Below are positions 7,689-17,728 of a stretch of DNA of 32,000 bases, piece by piece. Under the pieces are notes generated by a model. It was not told the origin of the DNA, did not search any database, and saw nothing but the letters and a program-made list of their open reading frames with translations. Source of the DNA: Raphidiopsis brookii D9 (GTDB lineage Bacteria > Cyanobacteriota > Cyanobacteriia > Cyanobacteriales > Nostocaceae); contig ACYB01000037.1 of the NCBI GenBank assembly GCA_000175855.1, forward strand, positions 60,001 to 92,000, given 5' to 3'. The position numbers and the translations under genes were made by a program. Each line of letters begins with the position of its first letter. Positions within the stretch are counted from its first letter, which is position 1.

Positions 7689-9203
7689 TTATTCACGATC
7701 AGTTAATGGTTTAACAACTTTGTCGATCGCCTCTTGAATAAAATCCCGAATAAACTTGTCCCGACGATTAATTTGAAATTGTTGCTGAACCACCTCCGTC
7801 ATTCCTCCATCACCCCAATCCTGATCATGGCGAAAATACTCAATAAAACTCTTACCAGCAATCTGGGTCAAATAAGCAGCAGTCACTCCCTGAATAGCAC
7901 GCCCAACTAAAAAGGTAGCAACGTGAAGTTGTAAAGCTGTAGAAAGCAATTCAATAGCGCCCTTAACTATACCTAAACCAGCAATAGTTTTGCCCAAAGA
8001 TAAGGCTAATTCCTTTCCCCTGTCCATATTTAAGTCACAACCATAAACCTTGCCAATTTCTACTACCATCTGAGCATTAACTGCTGCTGTGGCTAATAAA
8101 TCAACTACGGGTAGGGGGGTGACTGATACTACCCCAGCACCAATCCACTGATATCTGTAAACTATTTTATCAGCTTGACGACGACGCTGGGAATCAATGA
8201 GTTTGCGAGCTTCCTCCCCTAATCGTAAAGACTGTAATAAAATATTATCCGCTATTAAATCTTCCCCTTCAGCTCGCAATACAGCAGCTATGCGTTTTAG
8301 GAGAGGAACTATTTCAGGTTCTGGCCGAAAAATTTCCCCTCCCTCCAATTCCACCGCTTGGGGGTTAGCTGCGATCGCCACTACATCATTATGATTAATA
8401 TAATCCTTCACTCTTTCTCGTAACTTAATTAAAATAGCGTCTTTGTCTTCATCTTTATATAAATCAGTTTTGTTGAGAACTAAAAGCGATCGCTTACCAA
8501 TTTCTGCTAAACCCCTTAAAGGTTCATATTCAGAACGACGTAGGTCATTATCTACCACAAACAATAATAAATTTGCTTCTGTGGCCAAGGTCCTAGCTAG
8601 GTGTTCCCGTTCTGTTCCAGCAATCCCTGCTTCCAAAATCCCCGGTGTATCAGTAATTAAAATTTTTCGTTCTACCCCCTTCAAGCGCAAACAATAGGTT
8701 TCACCCACCTTAGTTGTCCCCATGGGAGCGTTTACCTCTCCCACCATTCGCCCCATAATAGCATTGACCAGCGAAGTTTTACCAGCACTTCCTGTACCAA
8801 AAACAACCACTTGGATTTCCCCCCGTGCCAAATTGGCTTCTATTTCCCCAGTTCGACTCAATAAAGCTTGACGGGTAACTTCATCTTGAATTTGTGCCAC
8901 TTGTTGACGAACTGCTTGTAAGGTAGTAGAAGCTGCATCCGACTTAACAGCGGGAATTTGAGCAGCAGTAACCCTGGAACGGGGAGATTTTGTTTCACCA
9001 GCAGGTAGAATTAATACATAATAAACAAAAGCTGCAAGTAGTCCTACTAGAAGTAGGACCAGTAGTAACAATAGTAAATTGCCTAACAAGGGAGAATAGG
9101 ACAGCTGCCAATATAAACGACTTAGGGAGTCAATTAACCACAGAGCTAATCCTAAAATTATAATTAAGCCAATTATAAGTGTAACTATACGAGACAAAGG
9201 CAT
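7689..9203 (-). CDS. Membrane-anchored GTP-binding protein with a C-terminal DUF697 domain
   Basis: Two N-terminal hydrophobic helices are present (IVTLIIGLIIILGLALWLI and LLLLLLVLLLVGLLAAFVYYVLI). GTPase motifs are G1 GTGSAGKTS, G3 DTPG and G4 NKTD. The hydrophobic C-terminal YcjF/DUF697-like region is AGVVSVTPLPVVDLLATAAVNAQMVVEIGKVYG. Confidence 0.75.
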   Translation of the reverse strand: MPLSRIVTLIIGLIIILGLALWLIDSLSRLYWQLSYSPLLGNLLLLLLVLLLVGLLAAFVYYVLILPAGETKSPRSRVTAAQIPAVKSDAASTTLQAVRQQVAQIQDEVTRQALLSRTGEIEANLARGEIQVVVFGTGSAGKTSLVNAIMGRMVGEVNAPMGTTKVGETYCLRLKGVERKILITDTPGILEAGIAGTEREHLARTLATEANLLLFVVDNDLRRSEYEPLRGLAEIGKRSLLVLNKTDLYKDEDKDAILIKLRERVKDYINHNDVVAIAANPQAVELEGGEIFRPEPEIVPLLKRIAAVLRAEGEDLIADNILLQSLRLGEEARKLIDSQRRRQADKIVYRYQWIGAGVVSVTPLPVVDLLATAAVNAQMVVEIGKVYGCDLNMDRGKELALSLGKTIAGLGIVKGAIELLSTALQLHVATFLVGRAIQGVTAAYLTQIAGKSFIEYFRHDQDWGDGGMTEVVQQQFQINRRDKFIRDFIQEAIDKVVKPLTDRE

Positions 9204-9307
9204 GGTTCACACGTAAATCTAATAAATTTCCAATGTGAGAAATAATCAACCATATTACAGTTATCATAATCTAGTGCCACCCCCCCCCATATTAATAGTA
9301 AGTATCT

Positions 9308-10354
9308 GTGAAACCTATAACTAATCATTCAAACCCCATCCAAAACCGTAAAGCAGACCATATAAGGATTTGTTTAGAAGAAGATGTGCAATCTGATCAA
9401 ATTACCACGGGACTGGAAAAATATCGATTTGTTCATTGTTGTCTACCAGAACAGGATGGTAAACAAATAGATATCAGCACCAAATTTCTCAACTGGGATT
9501 TGCGTGCTCCCCTATTAATCTCCTCTATGACCGGGGGTACCCAAAGAGCAGGTATTATTAATCGTCGGTTAGCGGAAATTGCCCAAAAATATAGACTAGT
9601 AATGGGTGTTGGCTCCCAACGTGTCCTCTTAGAAAAACCAGAGGTAGCTGATACCTTTGCCATTCGCCAATACGCCCCAGATGTGCTTTTATTTGCCAAT
9701 TTAGGTGCGGTACAACTCAATTATCAATGTGGCATAGATGAGTGCTTACGAATTATCGATGTTCTAGAAGCTGATGCTCTCATACTCCACATTAATCCTT
9801 TGCAGGAATTTATTCAACCCAGGGGTGACACCAATTTTTATGGACTACTTGACAAAATTGCCCAACTATGCAAACAATTGCCAATACCTGTAATTGCCAA
9901 GGAAGTAGGTAATGGAATTTCCGTCAACATGGCAGAAAAATTAATATCAGCAGGTGTACAAGCTATAGATGTGGCGGGTGCAGGAGGTACATCATGGGCT
10001 TTAGTAGAAAGTGAAAGAGCCGAGACCCCACTGCAACGAAGATTAGGCAAAACCTTTGCCAATTGGGGCATACCCACAGCAGAATGTATTACCACTATTC
10101 GCTCCCGGTTCCCACAACTACCCCTAATCGCTTCCGGAGGGTTGCGTAATGGGTTAGACGCAGCCAAGGCGATCGCTCTAGGGAGTGATATTGCTGGATT
10201 AGCAATGCCTTTTTTACAATCTGCGGATGTATCAATAACTGCACTAGAAGAGCTAACAGAAGTATTAATTGCGGAAATTACTACAGTATTATTCTGTACA
10301 GGTAATAGAAATTTGCATGAATTAAAGCAATCTAATTGTTTACAAAGTGTGTAA
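9308..10354 (+). CDS. fni: Type 2 (FMN-dependent) isopentenyl-diphosphate delta-isomerase
   Basis: IDI-2 hallmark motifs are present: [36 protein letters not shown] and [10 protein letters not shown]. The start is GTG at 9308. Confidence 0.9.
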   Translation: MKPITNHSNPIQNRKADHIRICLEEDVQSDQITTGLEKYRFVHCCLPEQDGKQIDISTKFLNWDLRAPLLISSMTGGTQRAGIINRRLAEIAQKYRLVMGVGSQRVLLEKPEVADTFAIRQYAPDVLLFANLGAVQLNYQCGIDECLRIIDVLEADALILHINPLQEFIQPRGDTNFYGLLDKIAQLCKQLPIPVIAKEVGNGISVNMAEKLISAGVQAIDVAGAGGTSWALVESERAETPLQRRLGKTFANWGIPTAECITTIRSRFPQLPLIASGGLRNGLDAAKAIALGSDIAGLAMPFLQSADVSITALEELTEVLIAEITTVLFCTGNRNLHELKQSNCLQSV

Positions 10355-10448
10355 TATTACATTACAATTAAAATATAATTGTGATAGAATAGGGAACAAC
10401 AACAAAATAATCCAAAATAATCAATAATTTGAAATCTAACAAAATCGA

Positions 10449-12272
10449 ATGAATAACTTTATTAAACAAACTCTTGCCAGTTTAATTGGCAGCTTATTAG
10501 GACTAAGTATTTTCTCTGGTGTTAGTTTTTTAGGCTTGTTGTTCTTGGTAATTGCTGCTACTAGCTCTCAAAGCACGGAACCACAAGTTAAAGATCAATC
10601 CATGTTAGTCTTTGACTTATCCGTAAAAATTACGGAAACCCAACCTAGCTATACAGAAGTTTTAGAAAAAACTCTCACCGGAGCGGGGGAAGAACAAATT
10701 ACCCTACGTCAACTAATAGGAGCATTAGAGCAAGCAGCAGAAGATCAAAGGATTGTAGGAATTTATATAAATGTTAGTGAGTCTAGCAAAGTTAGTAGTT
10801 TGGGTTATGCTTCCCTAAGAGAAATTCGTCAAGCTCTGGAAAAATTCCGCGCATCGGGAAAAAAAATAATTGCTTATGGTGTGGGTTGGAGCGAGCGGGA
10901 ATATTATCTAAGTTCTGTAGCAAATAAGATTTTCCTTAACCCTGTGGGAATGATAGAAATCAATGGACTAAGTTCACAACCAATATTCTTGACAGGAGCA
11001 TTGCAAAAATATGGTATTGGAGTGCAAGTGGTACGAGTAGGAAAATTTAAGGGAGCAGTTGAACCTTTGGTACTAGATAAACTGAGTCCAGAAAACAGAG
11101 AGCAAACCCAACAGTTATTAGATGATCTGTGGGGAGAATGGCGTAATTCCGTGGGAAAAAGCCGTAAAATTTCCCCGGAAATACTACAGGAGATTGCTAA
11201 CAACCAAGGTGTGTTAGAAGCAAAAGATGCAAAAGATAATGGTCTGATAGATGAAGTAGCCTATACAGACCAAGTGGTAGCTGATCTGAAAACAATAGGT
11301 ACCAGTGATAATGATGGTAAGAGCTTCAGGCAAATACCAATCGGTGACTATGTCCAAGCTAGTGAAATTGAAGAACAGCAGAATTCACAAAATAAAATTG
11401 CTGTAGTTTATGCAGAGGGAGAGATAGTAGATGGTGAGGGAGAAAGTTCCCAAATAGGAGGCGATCGCTATGCTAGGATCCTGCGGAAAATTCGCCAAGA
11501 TCAAGACATTAAATCCGTAGTTTTGAGAGTTAATAGTCCCGGAGGTAGTGCAACAGCTTCAGAAATTATAGAACGAGAAATTCAATTAACTAAACAAGTC
11601 AAACCAGTAATTGTTTCTATGGGTGATATAGCAGCTTCAGGGGGGTATTGGATTGCTAGTAATTCCGATCATATTTTTGCCGAACCTGGAACTCTTACAG
11701 GTTCAATAGGTGTATTTGGTGTGTTATTAAACGGTCAGAAATTGGCCAATAATAATGGTATTACTTGGGACACAGTAAAAACCAGCGAATTTGCAGATAG
11801 CCAAACTGTTTCCCGTCCTAAATCACCACAGGAACTGGCAATTTATCAACGCAGTGTCAACCGAATTTATAACATGTTTATCAATAAGGTTGTTCAGGGT
11901 AGAAAACTTCCCGAAACAAAAGTAGGAGAAATTGCACAAGGGAGAGTTTGGTCAGGTGCAACAGCAAAAGAAATCGGTTTAGTGGATGAGATTGGCGGAT
12001 TAAATATGGCCATTGAATATGCAGCGAAGAAAGCAAAATTAGGTAAAGATTGGCAAGTGGAAGAGTATCCGGAAGTAACCACTTTAGGAGAGCGTTTTTT
12101 TGGTAGAAAACTTGAAGAAACAATAATAGGGATACACAACCGGGACATAAGTCAAACTAATCCGCTCATAGCAGAATTAGAAAAAGTACGGAAAGAAACA
12201 AAAATCTTTCGCATCATGAATGACCCACAAGGAATTTATGCTCGTCTCCCTTTTAACTTTAACATTGATTAG
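10449..12272 (+). CDS. sppA: Signal peptide peptidase SppA, 67K (two-domain) type
   Basis: The protein has an N-terminal TM anchor and two tandem ClpP/crotonase-like halves. The second half carries NSPGGSATASE and the catalytic-serine motif GDIAASGGYWIA. At 607 aa it is typical of the 67K type. Confidence 0.9.
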   Translation: MNNFIKQTLASLIGSLLGLSIFSGVSFLGLLFLVIAATSSQSTEPQVKDQSMLVFDLSVKITETQPSYTEVLEKTLTGAGEEQITLRQLIGALEQAAEDQRIVGIYINVSESSKVSSLGYASLREIRQALEKFRASGKKIIAYGVGWSEREYYLSSVANKIFLNPVGMIEINGLSSQPIFLTGALQKYGIGVQVVRVGKFKGAVEPLVLDKLSPENREQTQQLLDDLWGEWRNSVGKSRKISPEILQEIANNQGVLEAKDAKDNGLIDEVAYTDQVVADLKTIGTSDNDGKSFRQIPIGDYVQASEIEEQQNSQNKIAVVYAEGEIVDGEGESSQIGGDRYARILRKIRQDQDIKSVVLRVNSPGGSATASEIIEREIQLTKQVKPVIVSMGDIAASGGYWIASNSDHIFAEPGTLTGSIGVFGVLLNGQKLANNNGITWDTVKTSEFADSQTVSRPKSPQELAIYQRSVNRIYNMFINKVVQGRKLPETKVGEIAQGRVWSGATAKEIGLVDEIGGLNMAIEYAAKKAKLGKDWQVEEYPEVTTLGERFFGRKLEETIIGIHNRDISQTNPLIAELEKVRKETKIFRIMNDPQGIYARLPFNFNID

Positions 12273-12284
12273 AAAATGAAAATA

Positions 12285-12304
12285 AGGATTCCCCAGGGAA
12301 TCCT
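12285..12304. terminator. Candidate bidirectional terminator hairpin between the convergent sppA and nadE genes
   Basis: AGGATTCCC-CA-GGGAATCCT is a perfect inverted repeat. It fills the 35-nt gap between the sppA stop (12272) and the nadE stop (12308). The flanking T/A tracts are only modest. Confidence 0.45.
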
Positions 12305-12307
12305 CTT

Positions 12308-13989
12308 TCAAAGAGATCTAATAGCAGCAATGGGCATTCTCCAACCTGTACCAAAAGCTCTATCGGTAATTTTCAGTCCCGGTGCTGCTTGTCGACGCTT
12401 AAACTCCGATCCAGCAACTAGCTTGATTACCCGATTTACAATCCCTAAATCATGACCTCCAGCTATTATTTCCTCTACTGATTGATGTTGATTGATTAAA
12501 CGCTGTAGAATATCATCTAGAATATTATATGGTGGTAAGGAGTCTTGATCAGTTTGACCAGGCTTGAGTTCTGCACTGGGAGGCTTGGTCAAAATGTTTT
12601 GGGGAATGACCTCTTGTTGATTTTGACCATTCAACCAATTACAAATAGAATAAACCCGGGTTTTTGGCACGTCCGCAATTACTGCTAAACCTCCATTCAT
12701 ATCACCATAAAGGGTGCAGTAACCAACAGCAATTTCTGATTTATTACCGGTGGATAAAAGCAGGTAACCAAATTTATTGGATATTGCCATCAATAGAATA
12801 CCTCGAATACGAGACTGAATATTTTCTTCAGCAATTCCAAATTCTGTACCTGTAAATAATTCAAATAAGGTATGGTCAAAACTTTTCATTAATTCACCAA
12901 TGGGCAAAATTTGGGTTTTAATCCCTAAATTCTGCCCTAATTTAAGAGCATCGCTAACAGAATGTTGGGAACTATAGGGAGAAGGCATTAACACGCCTAA
13001 AACATTTTCTTTCCCCAATGCAGCAGTAGCAATAGCAGCAACTAAGGCTGAATCTATACCACCACTTAAACCTAAAATCACTTGAGAAAACCGACATTTT
13101 TTCACATAATCCTTCACCCCCAAAACTAAAGCGTGCCATATTTCCTCATCCTCTGATTCATAGATGGGAGCAATCGGATTTTGGTCTGGGTTGGAAGCCA
13201 ATTCCACCTCTTGTGTATGTTGATTGAATTCTACTATGAGAAAATCTGGAGTGAAACCCCGACCTCGATATAGAATTTCACCCTGGGAGTTGACAGCAAA
13301 ACTATAACCATCAAATATTAAATCATCATTACCACCAACTTGATTAGTGTAAATTATAGGTTGCTGAAAGTTTACAGCGGTATGTCTTAACATTGCTTCT
13401 CTGGTTTTCTGTTTACCAACCGTATAAGGAGAAGCAGATAAGTTGACTATCAAATCTACCCCCACAACCGATAAATCAGCAATGGGATTCACCGCGTAAC
13501 ACTTTTTGCCCCAAAATTCTTCATCATTCCACAAATCTTCACATATAGTCACACCAATGTTAACACCATCTAATGTAAAGTAGTTGGGGTTTAACCCAGG
13601 CTCAAAGTATCTTTTCTCGTCAAAAACATCGTAGGTAGGTAATAGTCTTTTGTGAAAATATTGTTGAATTTTCCCCTTTTCTAACCAAGCAACACTATTA
13701 AATAAATTTTTCCCCCCCTAATGTGATGTTCTCCATTCCGAACTACAGTTCCTACCAAAACTGCTAGATGAGGTGGTAAATTTTGAGCTAGTTCTTGTAA
13801 GCTCATATCCATGGCTTCCACAAATCCAGGATTTAATAGTAAATCTCTTGGCGGATAGCCACATAAAGAAAGTTCTGGTGTTAACAACAAACGTACATCA
13901 TTTGCTTGCTGTGCGATTTCTAGGATTTTTTGACAATTTCCTTTTACGTCGCCAATAATGGGATTTAGTTGGGCAATGGCTATTTTCAT
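12308..13989 (-). pseudogene. nadE: Glutamine-dependent NAD+ synthetase (N-terminal nitrilase/CN-hydrolase domain plus C-terminal NAD synthetase domain), interrupted by an apparent 1-nt deletion in a homopolymer; probably an intact gene with a sequencing error
   Basis: The N-terminal fragment 13681..13989 reads MKIAIAQLNPIIGD...LLTPELSLCGYPPRDLLL. The second fragment continues in another frame from the run at 13712..13718: ...NLFNSVAWLEKGKIQQYFHKRLLPTYDVFDEKRYFEPG...GVTICEDLWN. The ATP-PPase motif LGLSGGIDSAL is present. See the finding for the frame repair. Confidence 0.85.
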
Positions 13990-14038
13990 AGTGTAGTTTC
14001 AGTAATATAAACCTGGTAGTTAAAAATCTAAATCACTA

Positions 14039-14797
14039 CTAAATAAATACTAATGGTTTATCCTTAAATGGTGCAAACGCTTGGGCATCAAACTTATATA
14101 AACTTGCAGGACGACCAGCTCCCCTACAAACCTTACTTCCCGTATCTAGTAAAAAACCGAGTTTTAACAACCGGGATCTAAAATTAGAATAATCAGAAAA
14201 GTTTTCTCCTAAAACTGTTGTGTATAACTGATATAACTCATTCAGGGTGAAGTTTTCCGGTAATACATCAAACGCTATCGGACTATATTCTAATTTATTT
14301 TTCAGTCTCTTGTGCCCATAGCTAATTATTTGATCGTGATCAAAGGCTAATTCTGGTATTTTCTTCACGGGATGCCATGCAGTACAAGCAACTTTATTAG
14401 TGATTAGTTCTGCTTCTTCAAATCTCACTAAAGCAAAATAACTTACTGACACATAACGCACCCCATAACTATTGCTTTTTTCCCTGGGATCTCTATGTGG
14501 ACCGCCAAAAGTGTATAGTTGATCCAAGTATAAATTACTTACCCTAATTTTTTCTGCCATAATTCTGTAAGCAGCATCCTCTAGAGATTCACCCTGACGC
14601 ACCAAAGTACCAGGGAGACTCCAGAAATTCAAAAATGGCTCTTGTTGTCGCATTACCAATAAAACCAACAGACGATTTCTGACAGTATCTACGGAGAAAA
14701 TCACATTATCAACACCTACCTTAAAATTCGCTAAACTCCCTTGAGACCTGGAATTTGTACAAGTTGTTTGATTACTTGTTTGATTACTTAATAGCAT
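14039..14797 (-). CDS. nrtR: NrtR-type regulator of NAD metabolism (degenerate Nudix domain plus C-terminal winged-helix DNA-binding domain)
   Basis: A Nudix fold is present, but the Nudix box is degenerate: LPGTLVRQGESLEDAAYRIMAEKIRV, with RE changed to RI, EE to EK and G to R. The C-terminal wHTH-like segment is FTLNELYQLYTTVLGENFSDYSNFRSRLLKLGFL...GAGRPASLYKF. The gene sits between nadD and nadE and overlaps the nadD stop in a TAATG junction. Confidence 0.7.
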   Translation of the reverse strand: MLLSNQTSNQTTCTNSRSQGSLANFKVGVDNVIFSVDTVRNRLLVLLVMRQQEPFLNFWSLPGTLVRQGESLEDAAYRIMAEKIRVSNLYLDQLYTFGGPHRDPREKSNSYGVRYVSVSYFALVRFEEAELITNKVACTAWHPVKKIPELAFDHDQIISYGHKRLKNKLEYSPIAFDVLPENFTLNELYQLYTTVLGENFSDYSNFRSRLLKLGFLLDTGSKVCRGAGRPASLYKFDAQAFAPFKDKPLVFI

Positions 14798-15369
14798 TAA
14801 ATGTATAACCTCTCACGATTAATATAGGCAATTACGGGAGCTGTGAGAGTTTGTAGATTTTTTTGCTGACGAAAATTGGTTGATGACACATCTAAACCTT
14901 TAGTACTGGCGATCGCCATTTGTCCCCCTAATTGTCTAATTTTATGTAAACTATCATCTTCTATAATATATCCAGGTCGAGGAATGACCAATAATTGGAC
15001 TTGTTGTAGCAAATCACTAATTCTATACCACCTGGGTAATTGGTTAACTAAGTCAGAACCAATTACTAAAGTATACTTCACATCATTTCCCCATTTTAAT
15101 TTTGCCCTTTCTAGGGTTTCTAAGGTGCGCCAACTACTCAATTCCTGTGCTAATATAATATTATTTAATTTATCTAATGGAGGCCGAATATCAGAAATTA
15201 ACAACTGCAACATAGCAGCACGATGTCCCAGGGGTGTCTGCTGTTCTTTCATGGGGTTATCGGCCGCCCAAACCGCTACCCAATCATAATTTTCAGATAG
15301 CCATTTGATAATTCTTTGATGTCCAGCTGTGGGTGGATCTGCACTTGTGCCAAATAATGCGATATTCAT
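14797..15369 (-). CDS. nadD: Nicotinate-nucleotide adenylyltransferase
   Basis: The N-terminal nucleotidyltransferase motif is LFGTSADPPTAGHQ, which contains the (T/H)xGH signature. At 190 aa it is the first gene of an NAD operon. Confidence 0.85.
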   Translation of the reverse strand: MNIALFGTSADPPTAGHQRIIKWLSENYDWVAVWAADNPMKEQQTPLGHRAAMLQLLISDIRPPLDKLNNIILAQELSSWRTLETLERAKLKWGNDVKYTLVIGSDLVNQLPRWYRISDLLQQVQLLVIPRPGYIIEDDSLHKIRQLGGQMAIASTKGLDVSSTNFRQQKNLQTLTAPVIAYINRERLYI

Positions 15370-15707
15370 AAATGTAGGATACGTAATAAATAGATTTATA
15401 CAGTTTTAGTTTGCTACAAATCAGCTTCAGATTTTAACAACTTTTATCGTTAAGTACAAACATAACCTTGAGGTAACCGGATTACTAGCTGATAAAGGTC
15501 GGTCAGCAAGCTATAATTTTGAGAGTACAGATTTAATTCTCGATTCCCATAACCATAATCTGTATTGATAAAGGTGATCATATACTCATGTAAATGTTGA
15601 CAAAATTCCCTGATTTGGCTTATTCTTTTATGGTAGCTTTCACCATAAATAATGTCAAGTCATCAGGTGTTAACAGGTCACCGAGAATGGATTGGAGTAG
15701 GTTTTAA

Positions 15708-17615
15708 ATGGTAAATACTATGACGACAAATACTGGTAGAAAAACATTGGAAAAACCCTGGTTAAAAAAGGTTCCAGCCAAAAGATTCGCTTGGACTGGA
15801 GTATTAGTAGCCACGATGATTATGCTACCAGAAATTGTGGGTAGTCCAGTCTTGGCACAAAAAATTGAGCGTATTAATTCTTTATCCTATGGACAGTTAC
15901 TGCAGAAGACTAAGTTAGGACAGGTTAAAAGAGTAGAAATTGATGAAGGTGAACAAATAGCTAAGGTGTATTTGGTCGGGCATAAACCTGGTACAGCGCC
16001 CATATCAGTGAGACTGTTAGATCAAAACAGTGAGTTAATCGGTAAACTGAAGGAGAAAAAAGTTGAGTTCGGCGAGATTTCCACAGCTGGTAGCAGAGCA
16101 ACCATTGGTTTACTAATCAACCTGATGTGGATTTTGCCACTGTTAGCTTTAATTATGTTGTTGCTGCGACGTTCTGCTAGTAGTTCCAACCAGGCATTGA
16201 ATTTTGGCAGATCTCGGGCCCGGTTTCAAATGGAGGCTAAAACCGGGGTAAAATTTGATGACGTAGCCGGAATTACCGAAGCTAAGGAAGAACTACAGGA
16301 AGTAGTGACATTTTTACAACAACCGGAAAAATTTACTGCTGTGGGGGCAAAAATTCCCAAGGGTGTACTATTGGTTGGACCACCGGGAACTGGTAAGACC
16401 TTATTGGCAAAAGCCATTGCTGGGGAAGCATCTGTGCCATTTTTCAGCATTTCTGGCTCGGAATTTGTGGAAATGTTTGTGGGTGTGGGCGCTTCTCGGG
16501 TGCGAGACCTGTTTAAAAAAGCTAAGGAAAATGCCCCCTGTATTATCTTTATTGATGAAATTGATGCTGTGGGTAGACAGAGAGGAGCAGGTATTGGTGG
16601 TGGTAATGATGAAAGAGAGCAAACCCTAAATCAGTTGTTAACGGAAATGGATGGTTTTGAAGGCAATAATGGGATTATTATTATTGCTGCTACGAACCGT
16701 CCAGATGTGTTAGATTCTGCCCTGTTACGTCCCGGTCGTTTTGATAGGCAGGTAATTGTAGATGCACCAGACTTAAAGGGACGTTTAGATATATTGGCGG
16801 TCCACGCTCGAAATAAGAAATTAGACCCCACCATCTCTTTGGAGGAAATTGCCCAGCGCACCCCCGGTTTTACCGGTGCAGACCTGGCTAATCTGCTCAA
16901 TGAAGCAGCTATTTTGACAGCTAGACGGCGCAAGGAAGAAATTACTATGCTGGAAATTAATGATGCTGTGGATCGGGTTGTAGCTGGTATGGAAGGTACA
17001 GCTTTAGTTGATGGCAAAAGTAAACGTTTAATTGCCTATCATGAAGTGGGTCATGCGTTGGTCGGTACATTAGTTAAAGATCATGATCCTGTACAAAAGG
17101 TTACTTTGATACCAAGGGGACAAGCTTTGGGTCTAACTTGGTTTACACCTAATGAAGACCAGGGTTTAGTATCTCGCTCTCAAATGTTAGCTCGCATTAT
17201 GGGAGCTTTAGGGGGGCGTGCTGCTGAAGAAATTGTCTTTGGCAAAGCGGAAGTAACTACTGGTGCAGGTAATGACTTACAACAGGTGACAACCATGGCT
17301 AGACAAATGGTGACTCGATTTGGCATGTCCGACCTGGGTTTATTATCTCTCGAAAGTCCCAGTCAAGAAGTATTTTTGGGGAGAGACTGGGGAATGAAAT
17401 CAGATTATTCTGAGCAAATTGCTGCCAAAATTGATGTTCAAGTCAGAGACATTGTTAGTACCTGTTATACCAAAGTAAAAGAAATGTTGCAGGAAAATCG
17501 CATGACTATGGACCGCTTAGTTGAAATGCTGATGGTGGAAGAAACCATTGATGGAGATTTATTCCGTAATATTGTTGAAAAAAATAAGTTTGATAAAATA
17601 CCAGTAGCTATATGA
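15708..17615 (+). CDS. ftsH: ATP-dependent zinc metalloprotease FtsH
   Basis: The protein has two TM segments, Walker [12 protein letters not shown], Walker [10 protein letters not shown], the SRH region [19 protein letters not shown] and the zinc motif HEVGHAL. Confidence 0.95.
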   Translation: MVNTMTTNTGRKTLEKPWLKKVPAKRFAWTGVLVATMIMLPEIVGSPVLAQKIERINSLSYGQLLQKTKLGQVKRVEIDEGEQIAKVYLVGHKPGTAPISVRLLDQNSELIGKLKEKKVEFGEISTAGSRATIGLLINLMWILPLLALIMLLLRRSASSSNQALNFGRSRARFQMEAKTGVKFDDVAGITEAKEELQEVVTFLQQPEKFTAVGAKIPKGVLLVGPPGTGKTLLAKAIAGEASVPFFSISGSEFVEMFVGVGASRVRDLFKKAKENAPCIIFIDEIDAVGRQRGAGIGGGNDEREQTLNQLLTEMDGFEGNNGIIIIAATNRPDVLDSALLRPGRFDRQVIVDAPDLKGRLDILAVHARNKKLDPTISLEEIAQRTPGFTGADLANLLNEAAILTARRRKEEITMLEINDAVDRVVAGMEGTALVDGKSKRLIAYHEVGHALVGTLVKDHDPVQKVTLIPRGQALGLTWFTPNEDQGLVSRSQMLARIMGALGGRAAEEIVFGKAEVTTGAGNDLQQVTTMARQMVTRFGMSDLGLLSLESPSQEVFLGRDWGMKSDYSEQIAAKIDVQVRDIVSTCYTKVKEMLQENRMTMDRLVEMLMVEETIDGDLFRNIVEKNKFDKIPVAI

Positions 17616-17620
17616 TACAG

Positions 17621-17653
17621 GCGATCGCACGGACTAAATCCCCAGGCGATCGC
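17621..17653 (+). terminator. Pair of HIP1 octamers (GCGATCGC) 17 nt apart immediately 3' of ftsH; candidate stem-loop terminator
   Basis: GGCGATCGC-acggactaaatccccag-GCGATCGC is followed by tgcgTTTATTGT. The palindromic octamers can base-pair with each other in an 8-9 bp GC-rich stem. The first octamer starts 6 nt after the ftsH stop codon. Confidence 0.35.
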
Positions 17654-17684
17654 TGCGTTTATTGTACAATTTTAGGAAGAATAA

Positions 17685-17728
17685 ACACTCAAGCACAGAG
17701 ATGTTAAGGTGAACATCTCCGTGAGTGT
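17685..17728. other. Long imperfect hairpin in the ftsH / rsmF-like convergent intergenic region
   Basis: ACACTCA-agcaca-GAGATGTT-aaggtg-AACATCTC-cg-TGAGTGT forms 8 bp plus 7 bp of perfect pairing, separated by an asymmetric internal loop. On the minus strand it is followed by a T-rich stretch (gTTTATTCTTCC). It could therefore terminate the minus-strand operon that ends at 17983. Confidence 0.35.

Noticed and set aside
8197-8697. Track ORFs 8197..8394 and 8443..8697 on the plus strand inside the GTPase gene
   Set aside because: They lie antisense to a well-supported CDS. Their S/R/K-rich low-complexity translations are typical of reverse-frame artefacts, and they have no Shine-Dalgarno sequence.
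9433-12148. Minus-strand track ORFs inside fni (9433..9720, 9838..10167) and sppA (10904..11203, 11881..12123, 11894..12148)
   Set aside because: They are embedded antisense in genes with unambiguous motif support. They have no independent coding signal.
15597-15626. Sigma70-type promoter candidate for ftsH (TTGACA at 15597-15602, 18-nt spacer, TATTCT at 15621-15626), and a perfect TATAAT at about 15512
   Set aside because: Hexamer matches of this quality are common by chance in AT-rich intergenic DNA. Without TSS data I do not consider either one supported enough to list as a feature.
12664-17017. Antisense or alternate-frame track ORFs in nadE (12664..12855, 13773..13958), nadD (14876..15289) and ftsH (16226..16450, 16363..16629, 16401..16622, 16631..17017)
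   Set aside because: They overlap strongly supported genes, and their translations have no recognisable motifs.
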